A stretch of 64,000 nucleotides of DNA from an uncultured Gemmatimonadales bacterium (GCA_963783305.1 CAWAMW010000016.1:352001-416000); one strand, 5' to 3'. Shown: positions 1 to 12,236, counted from the first letter of the stretch. Notes: generated by a model not told the origin, from the sequence alone. Made by a program: numbers and translations.

Positions 1-1943
1 TCGAAGCCGAGGACGCCGGCCTCGGAGAGCGGGCTGTTGTACACCTCGAAGGGTGCCGTCGCCTCCTCCAGGTGCTGCAGCGGCGTGTACGTCTCCCCCG
101 TCTCCACGTCATGGAGCGTGAGGTGCCGTTGACTGAATGTCCCGCGAGCCGCGTCCTGGCCGGACAGCCGGATCGGTGTGTCCTCCGCCAGGAGCGAGGC
201 CAGGGCCAGTGACTCGGCGTGGGCCCAGTCGATCCCCGACCCCTTCTCCAGCGTCGTTGCGCGCTTCTGCAGCTGCCGCTCGAGCTTCGGGTGCGCCGTG
301 AAGCCCTCCGGCCACTGGTGCAGCTGGCGGTCCAGCGCCCGCAGGCGGTCCGCCGCCACGGCCGTGACCACCGGCGCCTCCAGCGTCGCGGGCTCCACCG
401 GCGGCGTGACCTTCGTGTCCTTGTCCTTCGCCGCGTTCTCCTTGACCTCCTGCTGGACCTCGCCGAGTCGGTCGTAGGCGGCGTTCCAGACCCGGTCGAC
501 CTCTTCGGAGTCCACCACGTCGGTGGACGTAAGCTGGTCCGCCCAGATGCGGCGCACGGTGGGATGATCGTCCACCGCGTGGTACATGCGCGGCTGGGTG
601 TACGCGGGCTCGTCGCCCTCGTTGTGTCCGTAGCGGCGGTAGCCCACCAGGTCGATGAGGACGTCGGCCCGGAACTCCGTACGGTACTCCATGGCGAGCC
701 GAACCACCGCCAGGCAGGCCTCCGGATCGTCGGCGTTGGCGTGGAATACCGGGATGTCGAAGCCGCGCGCCAGGTCGCTGGCGTAGTTCGTGGACCGGCC
801 GTCGCTGGGCTCGGTGGTGAAGCCGATCTGGTTGTTCACGATGATGTGGAGCGTGCCGCCCGTCTCGTAGCCCGGCAGCCGGGCCAGGTTGAGCGTCTCC
901 GCCACGATCCCCTGACCGGCGAAGGCGGCGTCTCCATGCATGATGACCGGGAGCACACTCAGCACGTCCTGCTTCAGCTCGGTCGCGTCCCGTTCCGTCT
1001 GCTTGGCGCGGGCGATGCCCTCGACCACCGGATTCACGAACTCGAGGTGGCTCGGGTTCGGCGCCAGCGTGACGGTCAGGGGCTCACCGGAAACCGTGGC
1101 GTAGGTGCCGCGCTCGCCCAGGTGGTACTTCACGTCGCCCGTGCCGGAACCGAGCTGCTTCCCCTCGAACTCGGCCAGGATCTTGTCGTGCGACCGGCCG
1201 AGCACGTGAGCCAGGACGTTGAGGCGGCCGCGGTGCGCCATTCCGAGAACGACCTCGCGCCCGCCGGCGGCGGCCGCCCGCTCGATGGCCAGGTCGAGAA
1301 TGGGCACGAGCATGTCGTTGCCCTCGATGGAGAACCGCTTCTGACCCAGGTAGGCGCGATGGAGGAACTGCTCCAGCGCTTCGACCTCCGTCAGCCGGTG
1401 CAGGAGCCGCTCCTTCTCCTCCGTGGAGAGATCCCGGCGGTGCTCACCGTCCTCGATTCGCCGGCGCAGCCATTCCCGGCGCGTCGGGTCCTCCAGGTGC
1501 TCGTACTCGTAGCCGATGGTGCTGGTGTACGTCTGCCGGAGCCAGTCGAGCACCGTTAGCATGCTCGTGCCGGGACCGCCCAGGTCCAGCAGGGACGCGG
1601 GAATCGCAGAGAGGTCGCTGGGCTGGATGCCATGGAACTCCAGCGACAGCATGGGATGCCCGCGAGGCTCGCCGCCCAGCGGGTCGAGCTGCGCGGCCGT
1701 GTGTCCGTGCAGGCGGTAGGCGTCCACGAGCCCGGCGGCTGCCACGGCCGCGCGCAGCTGGGCCCGTGAGGGGGCTCCCCCCTGATCGACAGGGATGAGC
1801 CCCGCCTCCGCCGGGCTCATCCCGAATACGGCTCTCCAGCGCTCGTCCACGGTGGAGGGGTCGCGGATGTAGGACTCGTACAGCTCCTGGGCGTAGCCCG
1901 CGTTGTAGGAGTCGAAAACCAGGTTCTTCTTTGCGTCGCTCAC
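1..1943 (-). CDS. sucA: 2-oxoglutarate dehydrogenase E1 component (5' part; runs off the left edge)
   Basis: Manual minus-strand translation: VSDAKKNLVFDSYNAGYAQELYE..., GQKRFSIEG, GMAHRGRLNVL, GDVKYHLG, NPSHLE, HGDAAFAGQG, NNQIGFTT, YNSPLSEAGVLGFE. GTG start at 1943; in-frame ATG at 1961. Confidence 0.95.
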   Translation of the reverse strand, partial: MSDAKKNLVFDSYNAGYAQELYESYIRDPSTVDERWRAVFGMSPAEAGLIPVDQGGAPSRAQLRAAVAAAGLVDAYRLHGHTAAQLDPLGGEPRGHPMLSLEFHGIQPSDLSAIPASLLDLGGPGTSMLTVLDWLRQTYTSTIGYEYEHLEDPTRREWLRRRIEDGEHRRDLSTEEKERLLHRLTEVEALEQFLHRAYLGQKRFSIEGNDMLVPILDLAIERAAAAGGREVVLGMAHRGRLNVLAHVLGRSHDKILAEFEGKQLGSGTGDVKYHLGERGTYATVSGEPLTVTLAPNPSHLEFVNPVVEGIARAKQTERDATELKQDVLSVLPVIMHGDAAFAGQGIVAETLNLARLPGYETGGTLHIIVNNQIGFTTEPSDGRSTNYASDLARGFDIPVFHANADDPEACLAVVRLAMEYRTEFRADVLIDLVGYRRYGHNEGDEPAYTQPRMYHAVDDHPTVRRIWADQLTSTDVVDSEEVDRVWNAAYDRLGEVQQEVKENAAKDKDTKVTPPVEPATLEAPVVTAVAADRLRALDRQLHQWPEGFTAHPKLERQLQKRATTLEKGSGIDWAHAESLALASLLAEDTPIRLSGQDAARGTFSQRHLTLHDVETGETYTPLQHLEEATAPFEVYNSPLSEAGVLGF

Positions 1944-2094
1944 AGCCTCAGCCGGTGGCATGGTGCGTACAGGGCATCATTACGTTCCTTGCTGACCCTC
2001 CAGCGGGTGCGCGCGTTCCACGCATCCGGGGACAGCTGGTTGTAAGGGCATCAAGATAGAGGCCAGACCGTATGAATACCAGCGGAATCCGACC

Positions 2095-4143
2095 TCACTC
2101 CATGGGCTGGATGGGGAGCGTGAAGCGGAAGGCCGTGCCGGACGGCGAGCTCCGGGCAATCACGACATCGCCGCCCAGGAGCCGCGCGAGTCGCCGGGCC
2201 ACGCTGAGGCCAAGCCCGGCGCCTCCAGCTCGGCGAGTGGAGGGCTGCTCCACCTGCCAGAAGGAGTTGAACACGTACGGCTGGTGCTCCTCGGGGATCC
2301 CCGGCCCGTTGTCGATGACCTCGACCTCGAGGCGGCCGTCGCGCTCCGCCGCGCGCAGCACGATGGTCCCTTTGCGGGCAAATTTGAGCGCGTTGGTGAG
2401 GAGCGCCAGGAGGACCTGGAGGAATCGGTCCGGGTCGGTGATGATGCGTTCCGGCAGTGGCCCCTTTTCCAGCCGGAACTCCAGCGACTCCTCCCGCGCC
2501 CGCGGCTCCACGATCTCCCGCACGCGTTCCAGCAGCCCGTGGATGTCGGCTTCCACCCCTGTGGGCCGTTCCTGGCCCGTCTCGAGACGGACGTACATGA
2601 GGATGCTCTCCATGAGGCCGTGGAGACGATCGGTCCCGGCCCGGATCCGCTGGACATGCTGCTTCTGACGGTCGTTCAGGGGCCCGGAAACCTCCGTGCC
2701 GAGAAGCTCGGCGTACCCGAGTACTGCGGTGAGGGGGGTGCGGAGCTCGTGGCTCATCACGGCAAGGAAGTCGGCCTTGGCCCGATTCGCCAGCTGCTCC
2801 GCTTCGTAAAGACGGGCGTGGTCGATGGCGCTGCCGATCCGGCGGGCGAGCTCATCGGCTGCGCGAACGTCCATTTTGTCGAACGGCGTCCGCGCGGCCG
2901 AGCTGCCGAGAATCAGGAAGCCCAGCACATCGAACCGCGCCCGCACCGGCAGGATCATGAGCGAAGTGGGGTCGAGCTGCAGGACCAGGTCGCGCACGGT
3001 GTCGGGCGAGGCCGGGCTCGCGTGCAGTGCCTCGGGGAGGTGGGTGAGCAGCAGCGGCTCGCGCTCGCGGATGACGCGGCCGAGGATGGAGGCGTCCGGT
3101 GGAGCCGTACCCATCTGGCGGGTGAGGTCATCCAGCAGCGACTGGCGCACGGGGTCCGCGTGCGTGGCGCAGGTGAACGCAGGGCCGTGGGCGCCCGGCA
3201 TGAGCTGGACGAGGCAGAAGTCCGCCATCACGTTCGTCACGAGTCGTGTGAGCGTCGGGAGCGTGGCCTCGTAGTCCAGCGACAGGTCCAGGATCATCCC
3301 CGCCTGCGCCAGCAGCCTGCGTTCGTCCTGGAGCCGCCGCTGCTGGGTCAGGTCCACCATAGCGCCGGCGATCCTGCTCTTGTCGCCGTTCCTGCCGGGG
3401 GCAGCGTAGGCCCGATCCAAGACCTCCGCGTACGCGCCGTCGGCCCGTCGGAACCGGTACTCCTGCGTCCAGAAGGGGGTGTCGTCTTCAAGGAAGGCCT
3501 CGAACGCACGCTCCAGCCGCGCCCGGTCGTCCGGGTGCACGTGGTCGAGCCACCACTGGTGGGTGGGCTCGACCACATCCGGTTGGTAGCCGAACAGGTC
3601 GCCGAGAGCGCTGTTCCACTCGAACCGTCTCGTGACGGGGTCCAGCTCCCAGATCACCGACTGCGCCGCCCGCCGGACCAGGCTCAGCCGCTCCTCGCTC
3701 ACCTGCAGCGCCGTTTCCGCTGCCCGGCTGCCGCTGATGTTCCGACTGGTCCCGACCATCCCGACCAGCTCGCCGCCCGCGCCGAAGAGGGGCGAGTTGT
3801 TCACGACGACCCAGAACTCGGTCCCATCCCGATGACGTGTGTGGAACTCGCCCGTCCACGTCTCTCCTCGCCGAAGCGCCGCCATGATCCGGGAAGCGTT
3901 GTGGCGCATGGAATCGGCGGGCGTGATGTCCAGGATGTTCGAGCCGATCACCTCGTCGGCGCACCAGCCGTAGAGACGGGTGGCGGCCTCGTTCCAGTAG
4001 ATGATGCGACCGGACTCGTCCGTCGCGATGACCGCCTCGGTCAGCGCATCGAGGACGCTCGCCTTCAGAGCAAGGTCCCCGCTCGGGGGATCCCCTGCGA
4101 AGAGGGTGGATACTGCGGAGCTGTCCGCGTTGTCGGGCGGCAT
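2095..4143 (-). CDS. Cytoplasmic PAS-PAS-GAF sensor histidine kinase
   Basis: PAS (WNEAATRLYGW), PAS_3 (WLDHVHPDD), GAF, H-box MSHELRTPL, N-box NALKF, G boxes DNGPGI and GAGLGL. Start uncertain; the ORF extends to 4230. Confidence 0.9.
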   Translation of the reverse strand: MPPDNADSSAVSTLFAGDPPSGDLALKASVLDALTEAVIATDESGRIIYWNEAATRLYGWCADEVIGSNILDITPADSMRHNASRIMAALRRGETWTGEFHTRHRDGTEFWVVVNNSPLFGAGGELVGMVGTSRNISGSRAAETALQVSEERLSLVRRAAQSVIWELDPVTRRFEWNSALGDLFGYQPDVVEPTHQWWLDHVHPDDRARLERAFEAFLEDDTPFWTQEYRFRRADGAYAEVLDRAYAAPGRNGDKSRIAGAMVDLTQQRRLQDERRLLAQAGMILDLSLDYEATLPTLTRLVTNVMADFCLVQLMPGAHGPAFTCATHADPVRQSLLDDLTRQMGTAPPDASILGRVIREREPLLLTHLPEALHASPASPDTVRDLVLQLDPTSLMILPVRARFDVLGFLILGSSAARTPFDKMDVRAADELARRIGSAIDHARLYEAEQLANRAKADFLAVMSHELRTPLTAVLGYAELLGTEVSGPLNDRQKQHVQRIRAGTDRLHGLMESILMYVRLETGQERPTGVEADIHGLLERVREIVEPRAREESLEFRLEKGPLPERIITDPDRFLQVLLALLTNALKFARKGTIVLRAAERDGRLEVEVIDNGPGIPEEHQPYVFNSFWQVEQPSTRRAGGAGLGLSVARRLARLLGGDVVIARSSPSGTAFRFTLPIQPME

Positions 4144-4364
4144 GGGCCCTCGTTGTTGTGACCGAAAAACAAAAACGTCCGGGCACTCCTGGCGGGGAAG
4201 CGTCGATGGCTTCTCCCGCGTCGGAGGCACGAACGATGGAACGATGCTAATGCGCCCGGTGCGGGAGGGTCAAGCCGGTTGCCCGCGTCGGCGCGCGCCC
4301 GCTATCCTTCGAAGCCTGTCGAAGTCCGTCGATCTCCCGACTCGCCGTACCATTTCCGAACCGC

Positions 4365-6980
4365 ATGCCGAAGCAGGAAGATACTCCTCTGATGCGACAG
4401 TGGCGCGAAGCGAAATCGCGCCACTCCGACGCCATCATCTTCTTCCGGGTCGGTGACTTCTACGAGATGTTCTACGAGGACGCCGAAGAGGGCTCGAAGC
4501 TCCTGGGCCTGACCCTCACGTCCCGCAATAACGGCGGCGCGTCGAACGTCCCGCTGGCGGGGATCCCGGCCAAGGCACGGGACGAATACCTCCAGCGCCT
4601 GGTGCGGCTCGGCCGGCGCGTGGCGATCTGCGAGCAGGTCGAGGACCCGGCAGAGGCGAAGGACATCGTCCGACGGGAGGTGGTGGAGACCGTCACGCCG
4701 GGCGCCATCACCAGCGATACCCTCCTGGATGAGCGGCGCAACAACTGGCTCGTGGCCGTGCTGGACCCCGGCACCGGCGAGTCCGTGGCGCTGGCCGCCG
4801 CGGACATCACCACGGGCGAGTTCCTCGGCACGCGGATCCCCGCCGATCGACTGGAGGCGGAGCTCGCGCGGTTCGAGCCGTCGGAGGTGCTCCTCCCGCG
4901 AGCGCGTGAAGGCGTGGGTTCGCCCCCGTTCGAGGGCACGAGCATCACCTATCGACCGGACTGGCTCTTCGACCCGGAGATGGCGACGGACGAGCTGCGC
5001 CGGCATTACTCCCTCCACTCGCTGGACGGCCTCGGCATCCAGGAGGGCGATGGGCCGCTGCTGGGTGCCCTGGGCGCGCTCCTCACCTACGTGGGGGAGG
5101 TGCAGCCGACATCGGCGAAGGGCCTGCGACGCCCCCAGATCGAGCGGCCAGGCGAGGCCATGGCCCTCGACGCCATGACGCGCCGGAACCTGGAGCTGCT
5201 GGAGCCGCTGCGCGCGGACACGGCCCGGGGCGTGGCGGCCACGCTCATCGATGTGGTGGATGAGACGGTCACCGCCATGGGCGGGCGGCTGCTCCGGCGG
5301 TGGCTGCTCCGGCCGCTGGTCGCACCGGACGAGATCTGGCGGCGGCAGGAGGCGGTGACGGAGCTGGTGGACGAGCCGTCGGTGCGCCGGGAGCTTCGCA
5401 CCGAGCTGAAGCAGGTGCGCGACCTGGAGAGACTGGCGGGGAAGGTGGGCGCGGGCCGCGTGGTGCCGCGGGAGCTGGCGGCGCTGGCGGCATCGCTGGC
5501 CCGTATACCGCCGGTGGTGGGCGCCCTCGATGGGGCCCGCTCCGAGCGACTCCGCTCGCTGGCCGATGGCCTGGACCCGCTGGACGACGTCCATGCCACC
5601 ATCACGGCGGCGCTGGCGGACGACCCGCCGGCGGCGCTGGCGGATGGTGGCGTGATCCGGAAGGGCCATGACCCGGCGCTGGACGATCTGCGGGACGCCC
5701 GCGACGGGGCCCGCGAGTTCATTGCGAGCCTGCAGCAGGGGGAGCGCGAGCGGACGGGCATCTCCTCTCTCAAGGTGGGCTTCAACAGGGTCTTCGGCTA
5801 CTACATCGAGGTCACGAAGGCGAACACGGACCGGGTCCCGGAGCACTACCGGCGGAAGCAGACGTTGGCGAACTCCGAGCGCTACGTCACCGAGGAGCTG
5901 AACGAATGGGAGGCGAAGGTGCTCGGCGCCGAGGAGCGGATCGCGGAGCTGGAGTCCCGGCTCTTCGGCGAGCTGCGGCAGGAAGTCGCCGCCGCCGTGC
6001 CGCGGCTCCTGGAGACCGCCTCCCGCGTGGCCGCCCTCGATGCCCTCGCCGGTTTCGCTCGCCTCGCGGAGCGCCGCGGCTACATCCGGCCGGAAGTGCA
6101 TACCGGCTACGAGATGGAGATCCGCGCCGGGCGCCATCCGGTGGTGGAGACCATGATGCCCCGCGAGGAGTTCATCCCCAACGATGTCGTGCTCGACGAC
6201 GACGCCCGCGTCATGATCCTCACGGGCCCGAACATGGCCGGAAAGAGCACGCTCCTGCGGCAGGTGGGGCTGATCCAGCTGCTGGCGCAGGTGGGCTCGT
6301 TCGTACCCGCCGCTTCCGCTCGAATCCCGGTATGCGACCGGATCTTCACGCGCGTGGGCGCCTCTGACAACCTGGTGCGCGGACAGTCCACATTCATGGT
6401 GGAGATGAGCGAGACGGCTTCCATCCTCCACAACGCCAGCGAGCGCTCTCTGGTGCTGCTGGACGAGATCGGCCGCGGCACCGCCACCTACGATGGGGTC
6501 AGCATCGCATGGGCCGTGACCGAGCACCTGCACGAGAAGACCCGGGCGAAGACCATCTTCGCCACGCACTACCACGAGCTCACGCAGCTCGCCGACCAGC
6601 TCCCGGCGCTGGTGAACACGAACGTGGCCGTGAAGGAGACGGGCGAGGACATTGTCTTCCTGCGGCGCCTGGAGCCGGGGGGCGCCGACCGATCCTACGG
6701 CATCCAGGTGGGACGTCTGGCGGGGCTGCCCGCGGACGTGGTGGGGCGGGCGCGGGAGATCCTCGCGGAACTCGAGGGGACCCACAGCCAGCACGGGGTG
6801 GGGCTCGGCCGCCGCGGCGCCCGTCGGCCCACGAGCACGCCACCGCCGGACCAGCTCTCGTTCTTCGGCGCGGCTGAGAGCCCCGTGGTGCGGAAGCTGA
6901 AGGATCTCGATCTGGATACCATGACGCCGATCGCGGCGTTGAACTGTCTCGTGGAGCTGAAGAAGGAGGCGGAGGGGTGA
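4365..6980 (+). CDS. mutS: DNA mismatch repair protein MutS
   Basis: TPLMRQW, FFRVGDFYEMF, Walker A TGPNMAGKST, STFMVEM, DEIGRGT, FATHYHEL, SYGIQV; 871 aa. Confidence 0.98.
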   Translation: MPKQEDTPLMRQWREAKSRHSDAIIFFRVGDFYEMFYEDAEEGSKLLGLTLTSRNNGGASNVPLAGIPAKARDEYLQRLVRLGRRVAICEQVEDPAEAKDIVRREVVETVTPGAITSDTLLDERRNNWLVAVLDPGTGESVALAAADITTGEFLGTRIPADRLEAELARFEPSEVLLPRAREGVGSPPFEGTSITYRPDWLFDPEMATDELRRHYSLHSLDGLGIQEGDGPLLGALGALLTYVGEVQPTSAKGLRRPQIERPGEAMALDAMTRRNLELLEPLRADTARGVAATLIDVVDETVTAMGGRLLRRWLLRPLVAPDEIWRRQEAVTELVDEPSVRRELRTELKQVRDLERLAGKVGAGRVVPRELAALAASLARIPPVVGALDGARSERLRSLADGLDPLDDVHATITAALADDPPAALADGGVIRKGHDPALDDLRDARDGAREFIASLQQGERERTGISSLKVGFNRVFGYYIEVTKANTDRVPEHYRRKQTLANSERYVTEELNEWEAKVLGAEERIAELESRLFGELRQEVAAAVPRLLETASRVAALDALAGFARLAERRGYIRPEVHTGYEMEIRAGRHPVVETMMPREEFIPNDVVLDDDARVMILTGPNMAGKSTLLRQVGLIQLLAQVGSFVPAASARIPVCDRIFTRVGASDNLVRGQSTFMVEMSETASILHNASERSLVLLDEIGRGTATYDGVSIAWAVTEHLHEKTRAKTIFATHYHELTQLADQLPALVNTNVAVKETGEDIVFLRRLEPGGADRSYGIQVGRLAGLPADVVGRAREILAELEGTHSQHGVGLGRRGARRPTSTPPPDQLSFFGAAESPVVRKLKDLDLDTMTPIAALNCLVELKKEAEG

Positions 6981-7354
6981 TGGGAAAGGGGATAGCCATG
7001 GTTCTGTGTGCGGTCTCTGTGGGGCTGGCGGCCGGCTGCGACGAGCCCGACGTGCCGATCACACGACCGGAGTCGGTGTCGTTGGAGTCGCCTTTCCGCT
7101 ACCCTGTGGCGCTGTGGGACTCGGCGATGGAAGGGGAAACGGTGGTAATGGTGCACGTCACGGACATCGGCGGTGTGGACAGCGTGTACGTCCTGGAGCC
7201 CAGTGAGCATGTGCCGTTCGACTCAGCGGCCATCCGGGGCGCATACGAACTCAAGTTCGCGCCGGGCCGGCGCGGCGATCGGCGGGTGGCCACGTGGGTA
7301 CGACTGCCCGTCGTGTTCCGCATGGCCGAGCCGGGAATCGGAGGGATGGAGTGA
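6977..7354 (+). CDS. Small TonB C-terminal-domain lipoprotein
   Basis: Lipobox LAAGC. YP...EGETVVMVHV...G.V...SEHVPFDSAA...FAPG...WVRLPVVF matches the TonB_C pattern. Overlaps the mutS stop codon. Confidence 0.75.
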   Translation: MMGKGIAMVLCAVSVGLAAGCDEPDVPITRPESVSLESPFRYPVALWDSAMEGETVVMVHVTDIGGVDSVYVLEPSEHVPFDSAAIRGAYELKFAPGRRGDRRVATWVRLPVVFRMAEPGIGGME

Positions 7355-8742
7355 GCGACGCCACGAGCCGGCACCTGCAGCCGTACGACAACGTGCTCGG
7401 GACCGTGGGGTGGACGCCGCTGATCCGGCTGAATCGCGTGGCGGAGGGGATCCGTACCCCGGTGTATGGGAAGGCCGAGTTCATGAACCCGGGCGGGTCC
7501 GTCAAGGACCGCATCGGCCCGGCCATCATCGAAGCGGCGGAGCGGTCCGGCGAGCTCAAGCCGGGGGGCACCATCGTGGAGGGAACCAGCGGCAACACGG
7601 GCGTCGGGCTCGCGCTGGCGGCCGCCATCAAGGGCTACCGGTGCATTTTCACCATTCCCGACAAGATGAGCCAGGAGAAGGTCCGGCTCCTGAAGGCGTT
7701 CGGCGCTGAGGTGATCGTGACCCCCACGGCCGTCCCGCCGGACCATCCTGATGACTACGTGATGACGGCGAAGCGCATCACGAAGGAGACGCCGAACGCC
7801 ATCCTGGCCAATCAGTTCTACAACCAGGCCAATCCGGAAGCGCACTACGCCACCACGGGGCCGGAGATCTGGCGGCAGACGGACGGTCGCGTCACGCACT
7901 TCGTGGCCTCGGCCGGGACTGGTGGGACGATCTCCGGTACGGGGAAGTACCTGAAAGAGAAGAACCCGTCGATCCAGGTGATCGGCGGCGACCCCGCCGG
8001 ATCGGCGCTGGCCGCCTACTGGCGCACGGGCGAGAAGGTGGAAGGGCAGCCCTACAAGGTGGAGGGGATCGGGAACGAGAAGATCCCCGATACGCTCTGG
8101 TTCGACGTGATCGACCGCTACGAGTACGTGCACGACCGGGACGCTTTCCGGATGGCGCGACGACTGACGCGGGAGGAGGGGCTCTTCGTGGGCGGGTCCG
8201 CGGGGCTGATCGTCCATCTCGCCCTCCAGGTCGCGCGTGAGGTCGACGACCCCGACGCACTGGTCGTGGCGATCCTCTGCGACACGGGCGAGCGCTACCT
8301 CTCCAAGCTGTACAACGAGGAATGGCTTCGGGAGAACCGCCTCATCGAGCCGGAGCGCCTCGACGCCGAGAGCCTCCTCCGCCAGAAGGATGCGGAGACC
8401 CCGGACCTGGTGGTGGTCGGCCACGAACAGACCGTGCGACAGGCGCTGGACCTCATCACCACCCATGACGTGAGCCAGGTGCCCGTCATGCGCGAGGAAC
8501 AGACCGTTGGCTCCGTGGCGGAGGACACCCTGATGGCCCGCGTCCTCGAAGACCCCGCGCTCCTGGACGCGCCCGTCACGGAGATCATGGGCGACGCGTT
8601 CCCCGAGGTCGAGCGGAACGCCGGGCTCGAGGACGTGGCGCGACTCCTCACCCGCTCCACTCCCGCCGTTCTGGTGCGCCAGGACGGGGTCCTGCGGGGG
8701 ATCATCACTCGCTACGACATGGTGCGGCAGCTGACCGGGTAG
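7351..8742 (+). CDS. Cystathionine beta-synthase (PLP enzyme with C-terminal CBS domains)
   Basis: KAEFMNPGGSVKDR, EGTSGNTG, NQFYN, GTGGT, YKVEGIG, and a C-terminal CBS pair (SQVPV, GIITRYD). GTGA overlap with the upstream stop. Confidence 0.92.
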   Translation: MSDATSRHLQPYDNVLGTVGWTPLIRLNRVAEGIRTPVYGKAEFMNPGGSVKDRIGPAIIEAAERSGELKPGGTIVEGTSGNTGVGLALAAAIKGYRCIFTIPDKMSQEKVRLLKAFGAEVIVTPTAVPPDHPDDYVMTAKRITKETPNAILANQFYNQANPEAHYATTGPEIWRQTDGRVTHFVASAGTGGTISGTGKYLKEKNPSIQVIGGDPAGSALAAYWRTGEKVEGQPYKVEGIGNEKIPDTLWFDVIDRYEYVHDRDAFRMARRLTREEGLFVGGSAGLIVHLALQVAREVDDPDALVVAILCDTGERYLSKLYNEEWLRENRLIEPERLDAESLLRQKDAETPDLVVVGHEQTVRQALDLITTHDVSQVPVMREEQTVGSVAEDTLMARVLEDPALLDAPVTEIMGDAFPEVERNAGLEDVARLLTRSTPAVLVRQDGVLRGIITRYDMVRQLTG

Positions 8743-8856
8743 GGTCGTATTCCCGCGGCCGTCGGCCGGCCCCGGCGGGCGGGTCCGGCGGCTCGCCTCT
8801 TGCTCCCTGTTCCGCCGGCAGAAATAGGATGGCAACCATTCCAGGGACCAGAGTGA

Positions 8857-10410
<1,554 letters not shown>

Positions 10411-10417
10411 GGCGACC

Positions 10418-11248
10418 ATGGCATACCGCGATCGGTCCACCGGCTACTCCTTCGGCTACGGCCTGACCCCATGGGTGAAGCGCCTGCTCATCGCCAACCT
10501 GGTGGTCTACCTCGCCATGCTGGCGGTCCCCGCGCTCGGGGTGTGGCTCGCGCTCGTGCCCGCCGAGACGCTCACGCGCCCGTGGACACTCGTCACCTAC
10601 ATGTTCGTCCACGGCGGGTTCTTCCACCTCTTCTTCAACATGATCATCCTCTTCTTCTTCGGCCCGCCGCTGGAAGGGCTGTGGGGAGGGAGGGAGTTCC
10701 TCAAGTTCTACCTGGTGGCCGGGCTCGGCGGCGCGGCCTTCTCCTACATCTTTGCCTACGACCACGCCGTGGTGGGCGCGTCCGGCGCCATGTACGGCGT
10801 CATGCTCGCCTTCGCCATGAACTGGCCGGACATGCCCATCCACATCTGGGGGATCCTCCCGGTAAAGGCCAAGTGGTTGGTCGGGTTCCTCGCCGCGGTC
10901 TCCATTCTGAGTCTGGTGGGCGGCCAGCAGGATGGCGTTGCCCACTTCGCCCACCTGGGCGGGTTTGCGGCCGGGTTCCTCTATCTGAAGTTCGACGACC
11001 AGCTCACCAACCGAATGCAGCGGCTCCGTGAGTTCGTCCACCGCCGAAAGCTCACCGTCACCTCCGCCACCGAGGCCGTCACGAAGGAGACGCCGCCGCC
11101 CCGCCGCCGCGGCCGGCGCGACGAGGACCAGGTGCTCGACGAGGTGGACCGCGTCCTCGACAAGATCAGCGAGTCGGGCCTCCAGAGCCTGTCCAAGGAG
11201 GAGCTGAAGCTGCTCGACCAGGTCAGCAGGAAGTACCGCCAGAACTGA
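10418..11248 (+). CDS. Rhomboid family intramembrane serine protease with C-terminal soluble tail (DUF6576-like)
   Basis: HLFFNM, GASGA catalytic motif, AHLGG, and tail EVDRVLDKISESGLQSLSKEE. Confidence 0.92.
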   Translation: MAYRDRSTGYSFGYGLTPWVKRLLIANLVVYLAMLAVPALGVWLALVPAETLTRPWTLVTYMFVHGGFFHLFFNMIILFFFGPPLEGLWGGREFLKFYLVAGLGGAAFSYIFAYDHAVVGASGAMYGVMLAFAMNWPDMPIHIWGILPVKAKWLVGFLAAVSILSLVGGQQDGVAHFAHLGGFAAGFLYLKFDDQLTNRMQRLREFVHRRKLTVTSATEAVTKETPPPRRRGRRDEDQVLDEVDRVLDKISESGLQSLSKEELKLLDQVSRKYRQN

Positions 11249-11444
11249 CCGGATGGGGGTGCCTGCCCGAGGATGGGTGTTTACCCTGAAGCCGAAGGAT
11301 GCTGTATCGGACCCGGCGCCGGCGCGCAGGCCAGCGCGGAGGCGAAAATCGACCTCAGAGGCGGTGACGGATTCCGCCTTGTGCGTCCCGGGCGGCTGAG
11401 CCGATCCCGGCCGGTCGCTCTGGGGGGCAGATGCGGTAGCAGCG

Positions 11445-11484
11445 AAAGAAGAAAGCCGCTGCCCGGGGTCCCGGGCAGCGGCTT
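11445..11484 (-). terminator. Rho-independent terminator for the 11506-12084 gene
   Basis: Inverted repeat AAGCCGCTGCCCGGG / CCCGGGCAGCGGCTT (11453-11484), followed on the minus strand by a T-rich tract. Confidence 0.8.
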
Positions 11485-11505
11485 CTCGTTGAGGGCCCTT
11501 CGTCT

Positions 11506-12084
11506 TCAGCGGACGCCGAAGCCGATATAAATGTCGAGGAACGAGACGTCTGCATCGTTAAACCCGGCAGCGCCCTCCAACCCATCGTACTTGAAGTCTA
11601 TCCCGCTCAGCGGATAGTACTTCACGCCCGCGTAGATATTGTTGGTCAGCTGAAGCCCGCCGCCGATGTTGAAGCCGAAGTTGGTCGACCAGTTCGAGTC
11701 GCCGCCCGGCATATCGAAGGACGGCCCCTTGGCCATGACCAGCCCGAGCTGGCCCGTAGCGAATGCGGCCACCGGCCCCACGGGCAGATCGAAGCGCAGC
11801 CCGGTCATCGCGGGCACGTAGAGGAACCCGCTGTCCACGTCGTCATCGGCCACACTGTGGGCGATGGCGTCCACGGACGTATACCAGCTGAGCGCCGGCG
11901 TGACCATGCTCAGCGGGTACGAGAGGTCGACACCGCCGAGGAAGCCGAGATCCGCGCCGTCGGAGTAGTCGCCGGTGGGAATGGATACGCCGGCGTGAGC
12001 GCCGATCCCGAAGGTCTGCGCCGCCGCGGGCGCGCTGCCGACGCCGAACAGCAGCGCCATCGTCAGAACGAAGAAAGTTCGCAT
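11506..12084 (-). CDS. Outer-membrane beta-barrel protein (OMP_b-brl-like)
   Basis: Signal peptide MRTFFVLTMALLF...AAAQ, alternating beta-strands, FGFNIGGG, C-terminal YIGFGVR. Confidence 0.8.
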   Translation of the reverse strand: MRTFFVLTMALLFGVGSAPAAAQTFGIGAHAGVSIPTGDYSDGADLGFLGGVDLSYPLSMVTPALSWYTSVDAIAHSVADDDVDSGFLYVPAMTGLRFDLPVGPVAAFATGQLGLVMAKGPSFDMPGGDSNWSTNFGFNIGGGLQLTNNIYAGVKYYPLSGIDFKYDGLEGAAGFNDADVSFLDIYIGFGVR

Positions 12085-12206
12085 GGAATGCTCCCGTGAA
12101 GTGATCAGTACGAGCCGGCACGCCTCTCCATAGTGGAAGGGGCGTCCAACCCGTTGAGGGTGAGAGATAGCAAGGCCCGTACCCTTTGGCCACCCGGCTG
12201 ACGCCA

Positions 12207-12236
12207 TTGACACCCCGCTCTGCGGCTATCTACGTT
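12207..12236 (+). promoter_or_regulatory. Putative sigma70 promoter of the EF-G paralog
   Basis: TTGACA (12207-12212), 18-bp spacer, TACGTT (12231-12236). Confidence 0.45.

Noticed and set aside
219..1559. 446-aa plus-strand ORF and similar long antisense ORFs (e.g. 4302-6794, 12105-14336, 19732-22251, 52469-54994)
   Set aside because: These are high-GC antisense shadows of well-supported genes on the opposite strand.
4300..4375. Possible SOS-box-like repeats upstream of mutS (TCGAAG x2; CCGAA x2)
   Set aside because: The periods are 10 and 12 bp rather than 11, the T-rich spacer is missing, and one copy overlaps the coding start.
11249..11445. 85-aa ORF or ncRNA between the rhomboid gene and the terminator
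   Set aside because: No recognisable protein or RNA-family features were found, and the ORF runs through the terminator into the opposite gene.
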